This document shows positions 39,768-53,141 of a DNA stretch of 64,000 bases, in pieces (within the stretch, counting starts at the first letter, position 1; the number at the start of each line of letters is the position of its first letter). The translations under genes and the position numbers were made by a program. Location of the stretch: the NCBI GenBank assembly GCA_963514005.1, contig OY740794.1:13764001-13828000 (forward strand). Direction: 5' to 3'. The notes below the pieces were generated by a model. That model was given only the letters and a program-made list of their open reading frames with translations. It made no database searches and was not told where the DNA came from. This DNA comes from Raja brachyura. Taxonomy: Eukaryota.

Positions 39768-39870
39768 CATGTATCTCTGGAGCCATTATTTCTTGAGGGT
39801 AGCCTCCACTCTTTATTAACACCAAGAGCTCCTCCCCTGGGTTAACGTCTCGGATAATTCTGTAAAAAAT
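39768..39870 (-). CDS. MECOM: MECOM coding exon (end of PR/SET domain; equivalent of the exon carrying the mammalian EVI1 start)
   Basis: Minus strand tcttattcag|ATT TTT TAC AGA ... ATA CAT G|gtgagt. Translates IFYRIIRDVNPGEELLVLIKSGGYPQEIMAPEIH, matching MECOM IFYRVVADIAPGEELLLFMKSEDYPHETMAPDIH. 103 nt, phase 0 to 1. Not in the ORF track. Confidence 0.93.
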
Positions 39871-41382
39871 CTGAATAAGAGAAAAAACTAAGTATAATAA
39901 GAAAATAATGATGTTACCGGCTGGAGGGGAGTGTACTCACCGCCTTTACCCAGCCTGGCTACGGGAGCCGGTCACTCAGAGGCAAAGTCCCCTCGAGGCC
40001 CCTACCCTGCACATCAAGCTTCTCCCTCCGAACCCCAATTCTGCAGATATCACGGTCATAGTTTTAATTTTATGGGAGGCAGATTCACAAGGTCAGAACT
40101 GCAACTGGGTAGCAAGTTGAAAATCCAGCCTACGATACTTCACGTCACAACCAAAAACAATTCAGAAGCAGAATAGCGCAATGTCAACTTGCTCTTGGTG
40201 TATGTGGACAGAGCGGGATTGCTGAGCTGGCAATGGGATCAGTGATGCATACGTTCAGAGAGATGTGTTCTGCAGTGTGGAATCAGCACCATCTCCTCAA
40301 CTAACACCTTTCAGCTGTTTTATGCAATGAGACCTTTTGTAAATTAAATATACACAGAAAGTAACACAATCTCATGCAATAGAAACAGTTACAATTATAA
40401 CTTTAATGAGACATTTGGACAGATATATGAATAGGAAGCATTTAGAAGTATATATGGGCCAAATGCAGCAACATAGCCTAGAATGCCAACTTAGTTGGCA
40501 TGGACCAGGTGGGCCGAAGGGCCTGTTTCTTTGCTGCATAATTCCATGACTCTATAAGTTAAGAGGGTAACAAAAGAGGACTAAATGTTCTGAAAGAACG
40601 GGATGGAAGATGGAAATAGATAGTTTTGTTCATCAGTGCAAGATTCCTGTGAGAAATGGATAAACGTTGTCACTTGGAAAGCTGTGAGGTTCTGGAATTC
40701 ATTTACAGGGTTAATGGTCAGGCCACAAACTGTATCAAGATCAGATAGGGTAGGTGGATGCAGAAAAATAATTTGAAGGACCTGGAACAAGGTGTGTAGG
40801 TGCGATTAGAACTGTTTGCTCACAATGACATGGTCTGGTTAATACAAGTGGCAAGTTTTCATGCTGTGTACTGCAATATGACTGAAATATCACTAAAAGT
40901 AAATGATTATTTGGCAGGCATCAGACTTTTGACATATTATAGATTACTACAGTGAAGGTTGGCTTTGTTCGTCAGTCGGTTTAAATACCGCACCTGGAAG
41001 CCAGTCCTTTGCCAGAGTCCTGATCGACCTGATCATACAGGGCCTGAGATATACTATCATTCCCAGACAGACCCAAGAGCCCATTGGAAAAGTAAAAGGA
41101 TTGGGTGTAGGCTACAGTGCCGCATTTCATATGTTGACTTGTGAGAGAGGGGCAGGGTTGGGACTTCCCAAGTCAGAGGTTGCTGTACACTGGAGTATGT
41201 TAATGACTGCAGTCGATACACATCCTGCATGGGATCTCCAGCCAGAAGCTTATATTTGTGAATGCTTCAAACAAGGATCAAGATATGAAGGTGTCATCTC
41301 CCTCTTCCGTGTAGCATGAAGGTGAGGTGTGAGCACAGGCTGTTTTATCCCAATGTCTTATCATTGGCTGTGTTTTGATTGA

Positions 41383-41855
41383 ATAATAGGACATGGAAAC
41401 AGGCCCTATGGCCCACGAACTCCATACTGACCATTTTTCAGTTTAGTTTATTATCACATGTACCGAGGTACAGTGAAAAGCTTTTCTTGTGTGCTAACCA
41501 GCCAGCAGAAAGGCAATACATGATTACAATCGATCCATGTACAGTGTATAGATACATGATAAGGGAATAACATTTAGATAAGGGAATAACGTTGATGTCA
41601 CTCACGGTTATGTATGCACTAGTTCTATGTTATCTCATGTTCACATCCACTTCCTACAGACAAGGGGCAATTTGCAGAGGCCAATTAACCTGCAAACCCA
41701 CATGTCTGTGGGAAGTGGGAGGAAACTGGAGCACCCAGAGGAAACCCACATGGTCCCAGGGAGAACATGCAAACTACACACAGAGGCCAGGATGGAACCC
41801 CAGTCTCTGGTGCTGTGAGGCAGGAGCTCTACCAGATGCACGCACCACAGTGCTG
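41383..41855 (-). mobile_element. V-SINE interrupted by a LINE-tail fragment (about 41441-41590)
   Basis: Reverse-complement SINE head at about 41760-41855 and tail at about 41383-41430. Confidence 0.75.
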
Positions 41856-43390
41856 CCCCTCCAGATATTCGTGACATGTTAACTGCTCTGGGCTATAAGG
41901 TAAACGGTCTCTGCCCCCTGCAACCCATTACTTCCCTACACCACTGATACAGTTCACACACCATAGTTCCCAATGCCTTCCCCCTAAACAATGGATTTCA
42001 TAAGCCGCTGTGTTGGGATCATTTGGTCCTGTGCCAGCTGTTCATTCCCAGTTAAGATAACGAAGGATTATAGCCCGAAATTTCCGCCCAACTTTATTTA
42101 AGTGACTGGGTCGGCTTTGTGAGTCTAATAAAACAAGTTTAATAAACCTTATTCTACTCATTTTGTTCTTAAGTGTGTAAAAATGAAGCTGCTTGTATCA
42201 AATGTGTTGTAATATCAATAATAAAAAAAGTAGAAAATATATTTCTGCAAGCAAAGCACAAATCTGAGGCAATCTAAGTATTTTACCAGCAAGGACATCA
42301 CTGCACTGCAAACCTGACACACTCTGGAACTGCTGACTGGTAGGAATTTGCATTCTTAAAGGATTATATTCAGTAGGGAGTTACCAGCCACACATCAATT
42401 TATTTACTGGGTTTAACAAATAAACACATGGTCAGAAATAGCAGCAGTGACATGATTATATCAGTGCTCTATGATGTGTTAATTCCGCATAGCATTGACC
42501 AACTCTCCCTCTCACCAAGTCCCAACCCTGGATTAAATTAGAAACCTTGAATTAAAATTGAGAATAGCGGTGACAAATTTAGTTTCCGGGAGTGACCAGG
42601 AGAGGGAAGAGCTTTGGACTGGCATTTGGAGAGAGACTGTTCAAAGAAGTGACCCAATCTGGCTGTTTTTCATTTAACAGGAACTTTATCAGTTGTTCCA
42701 TCTCAGGATTCTGTCATTATGGTAGCAGTGAAAGTTCGAAGTTTGTGCGTTTTACCACCAGGTGGCTCCTTACACCCAGGGATTTCTCCGCTGTGCCTGG
42801 AGACTTAAAAAAACAAGAGCCGCAGAACTTTTGAAACTGTTTACGTTTCAGTTGAGGTTTATGATTGCCACGCACACCGAGGTACAGTGTAAAGCTTAGT
42901 TTTGCCTCAGATCACATAATACCATTCATAAATACAGTCCAGCCAAACTCATGTACAATCGGTATAAAGATTTAAGAGAGTAGTGCAATTGTGGCTGATG
43001 AAAGTAAAAACTCCTCTGGGACCAGCACACTGGCACCATCTCACAAGTTCTGAGCTCCCATCCTTAAGTCAAAAAAGATACAATTGGGTTTATTTACAGT
43101 TTTGAGAAGAACTAAGAAGTCACCCTTTCTTTCCCCATCTACACCACTATGGAAAACCAGTTCCAACAAAACTGAGAGAACTGAGCTTCCATTTAATAAG
43201 AGCTCAATAGACTCCATTGTCCTGCTAGAACACTCTCTAAATCTGGTCTCTTTATCAGGGCATTTAAAGCTTTCCCCACCCAACGTTGTGCTAATGCTTA
43301 AACAGACCTTGACTATAAATTTTCAGCAGACCTGGAGACGAAACCAAGAATTATTTTTTGCTCACAAAAAAACAAATCACACCTCAGAAG

Positions 43391-43543
43391 TGTTAAAGAA
43401 GGAACTGCAGATGCTGGAGAATTGAGGGTTACACAAAAAGCTGGAGAAACTCAGGGTCTCGACCCGAAACGTCGCCTATCTCCTTCGCTCCTTAGATGCT
43501 GCTGCACCCGCTGAGTTTCTCCAGCTTTTTGTGTAACCCTCAA
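43391..43543. mobile_element. Fold-back Penelope-terminus mini-insertion
   Basis: Inverted plus forward arms. TSD ACCTCAGAAG (43381-43390, 43544-43553). Confidence 0.82.
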
Positions 43544-43634
43544 ACCTCAGAAGGTTCAGCTTATTCTGCGGATGCGTCAAAAGTCATTGTCTGTACAATT
43601 TTCCAAGCTTTCCAATAATATATTTTAAATGGAC

Positions 43635-44885
43635 ACATAAAACTGCGGATGCTGGAGTCTTGAGCAAAAAAAAACAAAGTGTTGCAGGTACTCTGCAGGT
43701 CAGGCAGCATCTGTAGAAGGAATTAGATAGACAATATTTTGGGTTGGGAATCTTCTTAAAACTGCTTGGAGTAGGTGGGAGATAGCTGGAAAAGACAGGT
43801 GATGTGGGGCAAAGCCTGGCAAGTGATGGGTGGATACAGGTGAGAGGGGTTTAATTGGCAGATGGGTGAAGTAAATGTCCAAGCCTAGATGTCAAAAGGA
43901 GACAAAGGTGTGTCAGATAAGGAGAGAAGAGGAAGAGTGAAGTCTGAATCCCGGGGGAGAAATATGGGGGGGGAAGGAACTGCAGATGCTGGTTTAAACC
44001 AAAGATACAATTGTGAGAATATGGCACTCAGGGATGGAAGATGATCGTGCAGAGGAGGGGAAAGGTGCAGGGTAATGGGGTGGTGGGAGATGGTGGTAAA
44101 AATATGTGTGCACTGCGAGGACGTGGGGTAGGGAAGAGGATGCTGTTCTTCCAGCTTGTGTGTGGCCTCACTCCAGCAATGGGGGAAGCCAAGGACAGAA
44201 AGACCGGCAAGATGGTCGTCCAGTCTATGCTTAGTGTCGCGGATGTAAAGGAGGCCACACACGGGGCACTCAATGCAATAGACGAGGTTGGAAGAAGCGC
44301 ATATGAACCTCTGACAAAGTGTCTGGGGAGGGGGTGGGAATGAATGAGTGAACCAAGGAGTTGCTGAGAGAGTGGTTTCTATGAAAAGTGGGAATGGGAA
44401 GATGTGACCAGTGCTGGGGTCACATTGTAGATGGCAGAAATGTTATAGAATGATGTGATGGATGCAGAGGCTGGTGGGGCGATGGGCAGGGACCAAAGGA
44501 ACTCTACATTCATTCTATTTGAGGGAAGGAGGAACAAGAGCAAAACTGCAAGACACGAGAAATGGGATAAGGATCCATCCACCACTCAGTAAGCATGTGG
44601 GGAAAACATGCTTACTGAAGGAAGAAGACTTGTCGGATGCCCTAGAATGGAAAGGCTCATCTTGGGATCAGATGAAGAAGGCAGAGAAATTGAGAGTGAG
44701 AGATAGCATCCTTGCAAGAAGCAATGTGGGAGGAGGTGCAGTCAAGGTAGCTGTGGGTGTCAGTGCATTTGTAATAGACGTCAGTTGATAGTCTGTCCCC
44801 CGTGATAAAGGCAGAGAGATCAAGAAAGGGAAGAGAGGTGTCAGATATAGTTCAAGTGAATTTGAGGACAGGGTGGAAAAGGACA
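43635..44885 (-). mobile_element. Degenerate Penelope-like element remnant
   Basis: Fragmented homology to the 29.1-31.0 kb element (CGLLYIRDTKHRL, FHPVLKFT, CWSEATHKLEEQH) with the same type of 3' terminus. Many deletions. Confidence 0.75.
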
Positions 44886-46054
44886 GCTTCCTCTACATTT
44901 ACTGTCTTTGTTTTGTGCCAAGGTAGGAGATGTTGGACTGCGCAATGTGAAGTTAAAATAGGAGGAAGCAAAGACAAAGCTCTCTGTAATGATGCTCCAT
45001 ATCCTGACAATGGAAGGGATCCTCCAGTCCTCTGGAAGTTTTGAAATGAATGGTACAGCAGAGTAATGACAATGTTACCAGACCTGTGTGTGTGAGAGGT
45101 CGGGAGTAATAGTGTAGGAAACAAGAGTTGATCTCCCACCTCGCCAGTTTGAGAATTCAAATATAATTGAATGCAACCTGAAAATTAAAAGCTGCTATCA
45201 GTAGAAGTGGTGATGAAGTTGGCAGATTATAATACCATGTAAATAGACACAAAGTGCTGGAGTAACTCAGTGGGTCAGGCGGCATCTCTGGAGAAACAGG
45301 ATGGTGACCTTTTGGGTCGGGACTCTTCTTCAGACCCAATTTTTTCCTACATATAATAAAATGTAATCATGTACAGTCTTTCTGCTGACTGGATAGCATG
45401 CAACAAAAAATGCTTTTCACTGTACCCTGTACCTATTGATACACGTGTCAATAAATTTAACTAAGCTAAAAAATACCATCCCAGGTAGAAACTCTCTGTC
45501 CTGACTTAGTCCAGTATTTATGCAATTCTAGTCAGACTATGGAAGTGACGTTTGCCTGTCCTTTGAGCAGCCTTGTAAACTACCCAACTGCATCAGGGAT
45601 GGGCAATAAATGCCAATGCTGGCAGTGATGTAGATATCTCAATAATGAGTTTTTAAAAATCTTCCCACACCCAAATTAATGAGATAAGTTCTAATTGGTT
45701 TGTAACCTACACAGTTACAGTCAGTGACCAACTCTATTAATAGTCGCAGTTTAACTCACATGTGCTGACAGAGGTAATGAATAATTACAGACCTTTCAAC
45801 TTTCCAGGAAGTTAACTGGGATAATACGAACGGAAGTTGAGGACTATTGCATCTAATGAGTACTAACGGGGTCAGTTCAGACGCAGACTGCAGAAGCGTT
45901 GCTCAGCTAATGCCATGTCGAGGTAACTACACATCTTCATTCACATGGATAGTAACTGTGATCCGAATGAGTTCACTCATTCCACTTCTAACACGCACAC
46001 CTCTCACAACTGCTCAGCACTGCTAACGAACACAGTAATACTGAACATTAAAGT

Positions 46055-46270
46055 ATGGGAAGGAACTGCAGATGCTGGTTTGAACCGAACATATTCACAA
46101 AATGCTGGAGTAACTCAGCGGGACTGGCAGCATCTCTGGATAGAAGGAATGGGTGATGATTCGGGTCGAGACCCATGACAGTCTGAATAAGGGTCTTGAA
46201 CTGAAACGTCACCCATTCCTTCTCTCTAGAGATGCTGCCTGTCCCGCTGAGTTACTCCAGCATTTTGAGC
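46055..46270. mobile_element. Fold-back Penelope-terminus mini-insertion
   Basis: Same two-arm structure, with CATTAAAGT on both flanks. Further family members at about 6295-6470, 9183-9358, 10605-10752, 17866-18030, 18958-19133, 20222-20465, 22660-22737, 31452-31625, 45243-45335, 55708-55797, 58905-58970 and 59354-59600. Confidence 0.75.
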
Positions 46271-46992
46271 ACTTCATTAAAGTGCCTGCTTCCTCATCTA
46301 AACATTGGCAGGAGCCTGAAAAGAAATCTCCAAATGAAATTCCTTTCATCTTTGTACCCTAAGCAAAGTAAAAGCTGGGATAGATGCAGTATTTGACTTT
46401 CTGTTAAATCAGAATCTGCCTCTTTAAGTCACACAATACTCTCGGTGGTACTGGCCTGTGGCTCTCACCAGTGGCATTTGCTGGGCTGGAGAATGTATCA
46501 TTTGCTGTGTTGGGTTTCGGGTGGTTACTTGATGCCTGAAGGCCAGTTCTGGGTTTGTTCTGTCAATAAACTCAAGTTTGACCTTGTGGTTTGCTCCCTT
46601 GCACACACTGAATAGCTTGTCTGGCTGTACAACAAAACACAGGCAAATGGGAGCGGGAGTAGATTTACCGTCCTTCAAATTTGTGCTTCCTTTCAGAAAG
46701 GAGCCAGCTGATTTTCTTCCTCAATACCACTTTGCTTCCCCGTTAGCCCATATTTTTGAGCTCTGATGACCAAGTCTAAACCGATCTCCATCATGAAATT
46801 GCCCAATGATGGAGCAGCAGGGATGAGGCATTTTAAAATATAAAACACGGATGATTATTATATGATTGCTCTTGTTGTAACCTGTATCACTTATGATGGC
46901 CAATTACATCCTCTACCCACTTCTACCTGTATACAACAGTCTACTTGGAATGTGTTGGATGTTCAGTAAAGCAAGGACAACTTTAATTCTAG

Positions 46993-47180
46993 GGTACACA
47001 AAGGGCTGGAGAAACTTAGCGGGTTCAGCAGCATCTAAGGAGCGAAGGAGATAGGCGACGTTTCGGATCGAGACCATTCTTCAGCCTATCTCCTTCGCTC
47101 CTTAGATGCTGCTGCTCCCGCTGAGTTTCTCCAGCCTTTTGTGTACCCTCGATTCTCCAGCATCTGCAGTTCCTTTTTTA
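46993..47180. mobile_element. Fold-back Penelope-terminus mini-insertion
   Basis: Inverted arm about 46993-47094, then forward arm. Flanked by ACAACTT(T/A)AATTCTAG (46977-46992, 47181-47196). Confidence 0.85.
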
Positions 47181-48514
47181 ACAACTTAAATTCTAGATCG
47201 GAGTGCTAGGCAGTAGCTATGCCACACCTGCTGATCCCTGTTCCCTCATCATTTTATCATTCGGTGTTTGAAATCACTGGCAGAAAGGCCAGATATTTTT
47301 CAGGGCCAGAAATAAAAGGATAAAAATGTGCAGGTTTGTCGATTAATTGGAGGTTTTGTCTGTAGATTGCCCCTCGTATATGTAGATTCCAAAGAGGAAT
47401 AACATAGAACTCGTGTGAATGGTCATTGTGGGCCGAAGGTCCCGTATCCAGGCTGTATCTTTCAATCAATCAAAATAGGTCTCCTGATCATAAATCATTA
47501 AAAATGTAGTCAGGGGATGTGAGAAGGCAAACATTGCACTGTGTAGCACATGGGCAAAATCTCTGTATACCAAAGGACCATGGGATACTATTCAACCAGC
47601 TTAGGGCAAAACAGAAATTCAAAGATGGAAACGTTTTCTTCTAAAACACGAAGGGCTGAAGTAAATCAATGGGTCAGACAACATCCCTGCAGAATGTGCC
47701 TGCATGGATGAATATCCCTGCATGGATAGGTGCCATTTTGTGTTGGGCCCCATTCTTTGGATTTGTGGGGCGGGGGCTGGGGGCTGGGAAGAGAAAGCCG
47801 GAAGAGAGGATGGAAGAGAGGTGGGACAGGACACAGCCTGTCAGGTGCAGTATTAGGTAAACAGAGGTGAACACTGTTAGCAATGGAAGTTACGAACAAA
47901 CATCAAAGTCATCGACAACTCACATTGAGGCAACTATCGCTTCAGTTTGTAATGCAAAATGCACAACACACATGAAGATGCAGAATGGACAGATATCTAG
48001 CTGTTCGTGTAGACACTCACAGGCTTAGAATGATGAAGAAAGTGCAAAAATCATTACTGTCTCCAATTTGAAGCCATAAGACCAGCCAGCACATGGGTGG
48101 CCTGACCGCTTAAATAATGAGCAACTTTGACACTTCCTGTGTTACGCGGCCAGTCCGCCGAATGTGAAACCATGGCAACAAGCCAGTGGCCAACTGTTGC
48201 ATTTGACTTAATGAGCACAAGCACCAGTCAAAACTAGGAAAACAAAATGTCTCGAGGGGGTTATGGTTAGCTGGTATTTGCACAAACCAATGACCAAGAC
48301 AATCACAGTGCCACATGGCAACAAGGCCATATTGGAAGTGGCAATACTCTGATTAGTGCCAGCAGTTATGAGTCCAAAACCAATTCCATCCGATCTGTGG
48401 ACAACTCTTTATTCCATTTAGCATGTAAAACCAAGAGACATTGGGCAGTTGATAGAATCATTCAGGGTTGTATGGTAATATCAATTGTTGAGGTAGCTCG
48501 CAGATTTCCACAAG

Positions 48515-49456
48515 ACCATAAGACATTGGAACAAAATTAGGTCCTTCAGCTCATTGAGTCCATTCCGCCATTCAATCGTGACTATTTATTTTTCTCTCTC
48601 AACCCCATTCTCCAGCCTTCTCCCGTAACTTTTGTCTCCCTTCCTAATCAAGAACCTATCAATCTTTGCCTTAAAAGTACCCAATGTCTTTGCCTCCACA
48701 ACCAGCAGTGACAATGAATTCCACAGATTCACCACTCTCTGTCTAAAGAAATTCCTCATTGTCTCCATTTTTAAGGTACGTCCTCTAATTCTGAATCTTT
48801 GCCCTCTAGTTCCAGATCTCTAGTTCAAATGTCCTTTCCACCTCCAGTTTAAATTCCATTTGGAATATTTTGGAGGACCAGGAAACCAAGAAACCAAATC
48901 CACGCTATCTAGGCTGTTCATTATATGAGAGGTTTCAATGAGATCCCCTCATTCTTCTAAACTCCAGGGAGCACACACCTAGTTTCCATAACATAAATAT
49001 TTAAAACATTCTGGGAACAAGGATATGGTGAACTGAACAAGGCATGGCTGAGTCTGACGCTTATGCAGAATTGTAGAATAGAAACATAGCAAATAACCAT
49101 ATAACCATATAACAATTACAGCGCAGAAACAGGCCTTCTCGGCCCTTCTAGTCCGTGCGGACCATTTATTTTCCCCTAGTCCCATCTACCTGCACTCAGA
49201 TAGGTGCAGAAGTAGGCCATTCGGCCCTTCGAACCAGCACCGCCATTCAATATGATCATGGCTGGTCATCCACAATCATTACCCCGTTCCTGCTTTCTCC
49301 CCATGTCGCTAGATTCCGTTAGCCCTAAGCGCTATGTCTAACTCTCTCTTGAAAACATCCAGATAATTGGCCTGCACCACCTTCTGTGGGAGAGAATTCC
49401 TCAGATTCACAACTCTCTGGGTGAAAAAGTTTGTCCTCAATCCTAAATGGCCTACC
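48515..49456 (-). mobile_element. Cluster of CR1 3' fragments; the last continues at 53142-53240 after the Gypsy insertion
   Basis: MRNFFRQRVVNLWNSL and NFFTQRVVNLRNSLPQ on the minus strand, collinear across the LTR element. Confidence 0.82.
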
Positions 49457-49761
49457 TGTGGCGCCATCTTATGGTTAAGCCACTGGTCTCTCGTACCTTC
49501 GATGGTTGGGCTCGAACTCTCACGTGGACTGGGGCGTGACCTGGGTCGACCAATCATGCGGTCAGGGGGGCTGGCCGTTAGGCAGTTGGAATTGGAAGGA
49601 TTGGCTGTTGGAATTCAAAGGATTGGCAGCTGGAGTTGGAGTGGAACTCGGGAGTGCTGACGAGCACAGTGTGTGACAGCACAGCAGTAAAATATTAACT
49701 TGACGGGGCTGTATCGGTTAATTATTAAACGGCGTGTGTACACAACATGTGGACCTCTACA
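49457..49761 (+). repeat. 5' LTR of Gypsy element
   Basis: TGTGG...GGACCTCTACA, direct repeat of 52855-53141. Confidence 0.88.
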
Positions 49762-49762
49762 G

Positions 49763-49774
49763 TGGTGACCCCGA
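49763..49774 (+). other. Primer binding site, tRNA-Trp type
   Basis: TGGTGACCCCGA one base after the 5' LTR, complementary to the 3' end of tRNA-Trp. Confidence 0.8.
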
Positions 49775-52700
49775 TGATCCAAAACGGCCTATTTTGGATT
49801 TGATCATGTTTGCAGCCGACAACCCAGACCAGCAGAACGCAGTTTGGATTAAACTGCCCACTTTCTGGACATCACAGCCCCGCGTGTGGTTTGAACAGGC
49901 TGAAGCCCAGTTCTACATTCGCCAGATCACCGCCGATGCAAATACTACTACGTGGTCAGTGCGCTGGACCAGGACACCGTCGGACTCCTAATCGATTACC
50001 TTCACCAGCCACCAGCTGACAGCATGTACAAGGGACTCAATACATTCCTCTTGCACACTTTCGGTCTCAGCCGTCGCGACAGGGCAGCTAGACTCCTTCA
50101 CATGAATGGCCTAGGCGAACGCAAGCCATCCGTGCTTATGGATTAAATGCTTGTCCTGATGGACGGACACAAGACTTTCCTCCTGTTCGAACAAGTGTTC
50201 CACGAACAGATGCCTGATGACATTCACCTGCTCCTCATGGAGAAGCTGGCTGCCTGTGTGGAGCAGGATGGCGCCACCATCAGTCGGGTGGTAGGGGTGC
50301 CTCGGCGGGTGAAGTGGCCAGTCCCAGCAGCCACCAAAGGCACGGCAGTGAAGCCGGCCACGAGCGATGCCAGCAGAGGTACCTGGTGCCAGTGGGCTCC
50401 TCTGCACCTAGGACCGTTATTCGGGGCAGAGTTTACTCGTGGACACGGGAGCAGAGGTCAGTGTTTTGCCCCCATCGGGGGCCGACCCTCATTCCGAAAA
50501 GAGGGGACCATCTCTGGGCCAATGGCAGCAACTCCGGGCCCACTCCCTGCTACTCGACGTGAAGGGACAACATCTCATCAATTCTGAGATGTTCGAGTCG
50601 ATCGCCTTGCGCCACGCCAAATTCACTGCGCCACATCTCGGCTCGGTGACCTTCCCGACAACGAGTACGCCCGGATCTTGTCCGATATCCCCAACAACAT
50701 AAACCCCCCCCCCCCCCCGTCCACAACGGCCAGCCCCAAGCATGGGGTAAATCACCATATCCCCACCACCAGACTGCCACTCCATGCACGCGCACCTAGG
50801 CTGCCACCCGACAAGCTCCAGCGGGCCAAAGACGGGTTCTGCAGGATGGAGGAAATGGGCAATGTGCACCGCTCAGACAGCCCGTGGGCAGCTCTGCCTC
50901 ACATGGTCCCCAAAGCATCTGGGGGCTGGAGAACCCTGTGGGGACTACCACCATCTCAACGACGTCACAATGGCTGACCGGTGCCCTGTCCCTCACATTC
51001 AGGAATTCATGGCCCATCTGGATGGTGCTAAGACTTTTTCCAAAATCGATCTGATACGTGGCTACCATCAGATTCCAGTCCGCCCAGTCGACATCCCCAA
51101 AACGGCTATCATCACTCCCTTTTGGCTCTTCAAGTTCCTGCGAATGCCTTTCGGCCTCAAGAATGCCGCTTAGGCTGTCCAACGGCTCATGGACATGGTG
51201 GGCCACGGGCTGGATTTCCTGTTCATTTACCTTGACGGCATCCTCGTCGCCCGCTGTTCTCGCCAGGAGCACCGTGCACACCTCTGGCTGCTCTGCCAGC
51301 GGCTCAACGAGCATGGCCTGGCCATCAACCTTGCTAAGTGTCAGTTTGGCCCCCCTTCCATCAGTTTCCTTGGCCACCACATCTATCAGTACGGTGCGGT
51401 CCTGCTCCCGTCCACGGTTGAGGCCATTCGCTAGTTTCCCAAACCTTCTACGGTGAAGGGACTCCAAGAGTTTGTTGGCAGGGTACATTTCTATCACCGT
51501 TTCATGCCAGCAGCCGCCAGGATCATGCAACCGCTGTTCAAGGCCATGGCCAGCAAACGGAGAAAGCTCATTTGGGACGACGCGGCCACGACTGCTTTCA
51601 ACAACGCCAAAGAGGCGCTGGCAAAGGCGACTATGTTGGTCCATCCAAGGACCAACACGCCAACCGCTCTCACGGTGGACACATCTGGCACAGCCATGGG
51701 CGGAGTGCTGGAGCAACTGATCGATGGAAGCTGACAGCCACTCACCGTTTTCAGTTGTCACCTGAGAACCCCCGAGCAGAAATACAGCGTTTTCGACCGG
51801 GAGCTCCTCGCGCTCTGCCTGGCCGTCCGGCATTTCCGCTACTTCCTCGAGGGCAGGTGTTTCACAGCTTTCACCGATCACAAATCACTTGTGTTTGCCT
51901 TTGCCAAAGTGTCTGATCCTTGGTCAGCCCGACAGCATTGTCACTTGGCATACATCTCTGAGTACATGACTTGGGCCCAGCACCTCGCGGGCAAGAACAA
52001 CGGGGCCGCAGATGCATTATCCCGCACTGTCATCAATGCCATCCACGCTTTGATCCCAGGTGTCGACTACATGCCCTGGTGGCCCCACAGCGTGAGGATG
52101 TGCGATTCGGGCCCGCTGACACCACGCTCCTTTGTGACGTGTCTACCGGACAGCCAAGACCCATCATCCCCGCAGCTTGGCGCCACCGGATATTCGACAC
52201 GGTTCATGGTTTGGCTCACCCTTCCAACAATGGCTCTGGTGGCAGCCACTTTCATGTGACACGGGGTTGCTCAGGCAAGTCGGCAACTGGGTCACGGGCC
52301 CGGACTGGATGGACGAATTGCCGTGGGTCCTGCTGGGCATACGCACTGCCCCGAAGGTGGACCTGGCAATTTCCTCGGCCGCCCTGGTGTGCGGTGCCCC
52401 GCGTACGGTCCCAGGGGATTTCATCCCGGCGGCACGTGGAAATCCGGAACTGCCCATGACCATGCTGACGCGCCTCCGGGAGAAGGTGGGCATGCTCCCT
52501 ACCGTCCCGAAGTCCCGCCACGGAATCACCCCAATGTACGCCCCACGCGCCCTCAGAGACTGCCAGTATTGTTTTCCTTCACCACAATTCTCACCGTACG
52601 CCACTGCAAAGGTGTTACTTTCGTCATCAACATGGGCGGTAGGCACGAGACCGTTTCCGTAGATCGTCTTAAACCGGCGCATTTGGACATTGATCAGCCA

Positions 52701-52854
52701 GTGCATACAGGGCGTCCACCGTTACAACCGCACCCGTCCTCAACTCTGCCAGTTGTGACCCCGAGTGCAGGAGATGTTTACACGAGCTGAGGCCACCTCA
52801 CTCGTAAACCTACTCGCCTCCATTAGTCCAGTTCTGAGGGGGGGGGGGGGGTCC

Positions 52855-53141
52855 AGTGGTACCATGTGGTCAAGCCACTGGTCTCTCGAACCTTCGACGG
52901 TCGGGCTCGAACTCTCACGTGGACCCGGCGTGGTCTGCGCGGACAAATCATGCGGTCGGGGGGGGGGGGGGGGGGGGGGGCGTTAGGCGGTTGGAATTAG
53001 AAGGATTGGCTATGGGAATTGGAGTGGAACTCGGGTGTGCTAACGAGCGATGGCACAGTAGTAGTAGTAAAATATGAACTTGACAGGGCTGTATCGGTTA
53101 ATTATTAAACAGAGCGTTTACACAACGCGCGGACCTCTACA
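52855..53141 (+). repeat. 3' LTR of Gypsy element
   Basis: Follows the polypurine tract and ends GGACCTCTACA. The first base is A instead of T. Confidence 0.88.

Larger units (their letters stand above)
49457..53141 (+). mobile_element. Gypsy/Ty3 LTR retrotransposon, decayed
   Basis: Paired LTRs. gag (IKLPTFWTSQPRVWFEQAEAQF), protease (VDTGAEVSVLP), RT (CGDYHHLN, FSKIDLIRGYHQIPV, RMPFGLKNA, YLDG for YLDD), RNase H (TVDTSGTAMGGVLEQ) and an integrase remnant with a large deletion. Multiple stops and frameshifts. Poly-G PPT at about 52835-52851. Confidence 0.93.

Noticed and set aside
16004-39870. Assignment to PRDM16
   Set aside because: [43 protein letters not shown] and the Rp9 microexon fit MECOM better.
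50796-51881. 361-aa minus-strand ORF
   Set aside because: Antisense to GC-rich Gypsy pol, with no recognisable domain.
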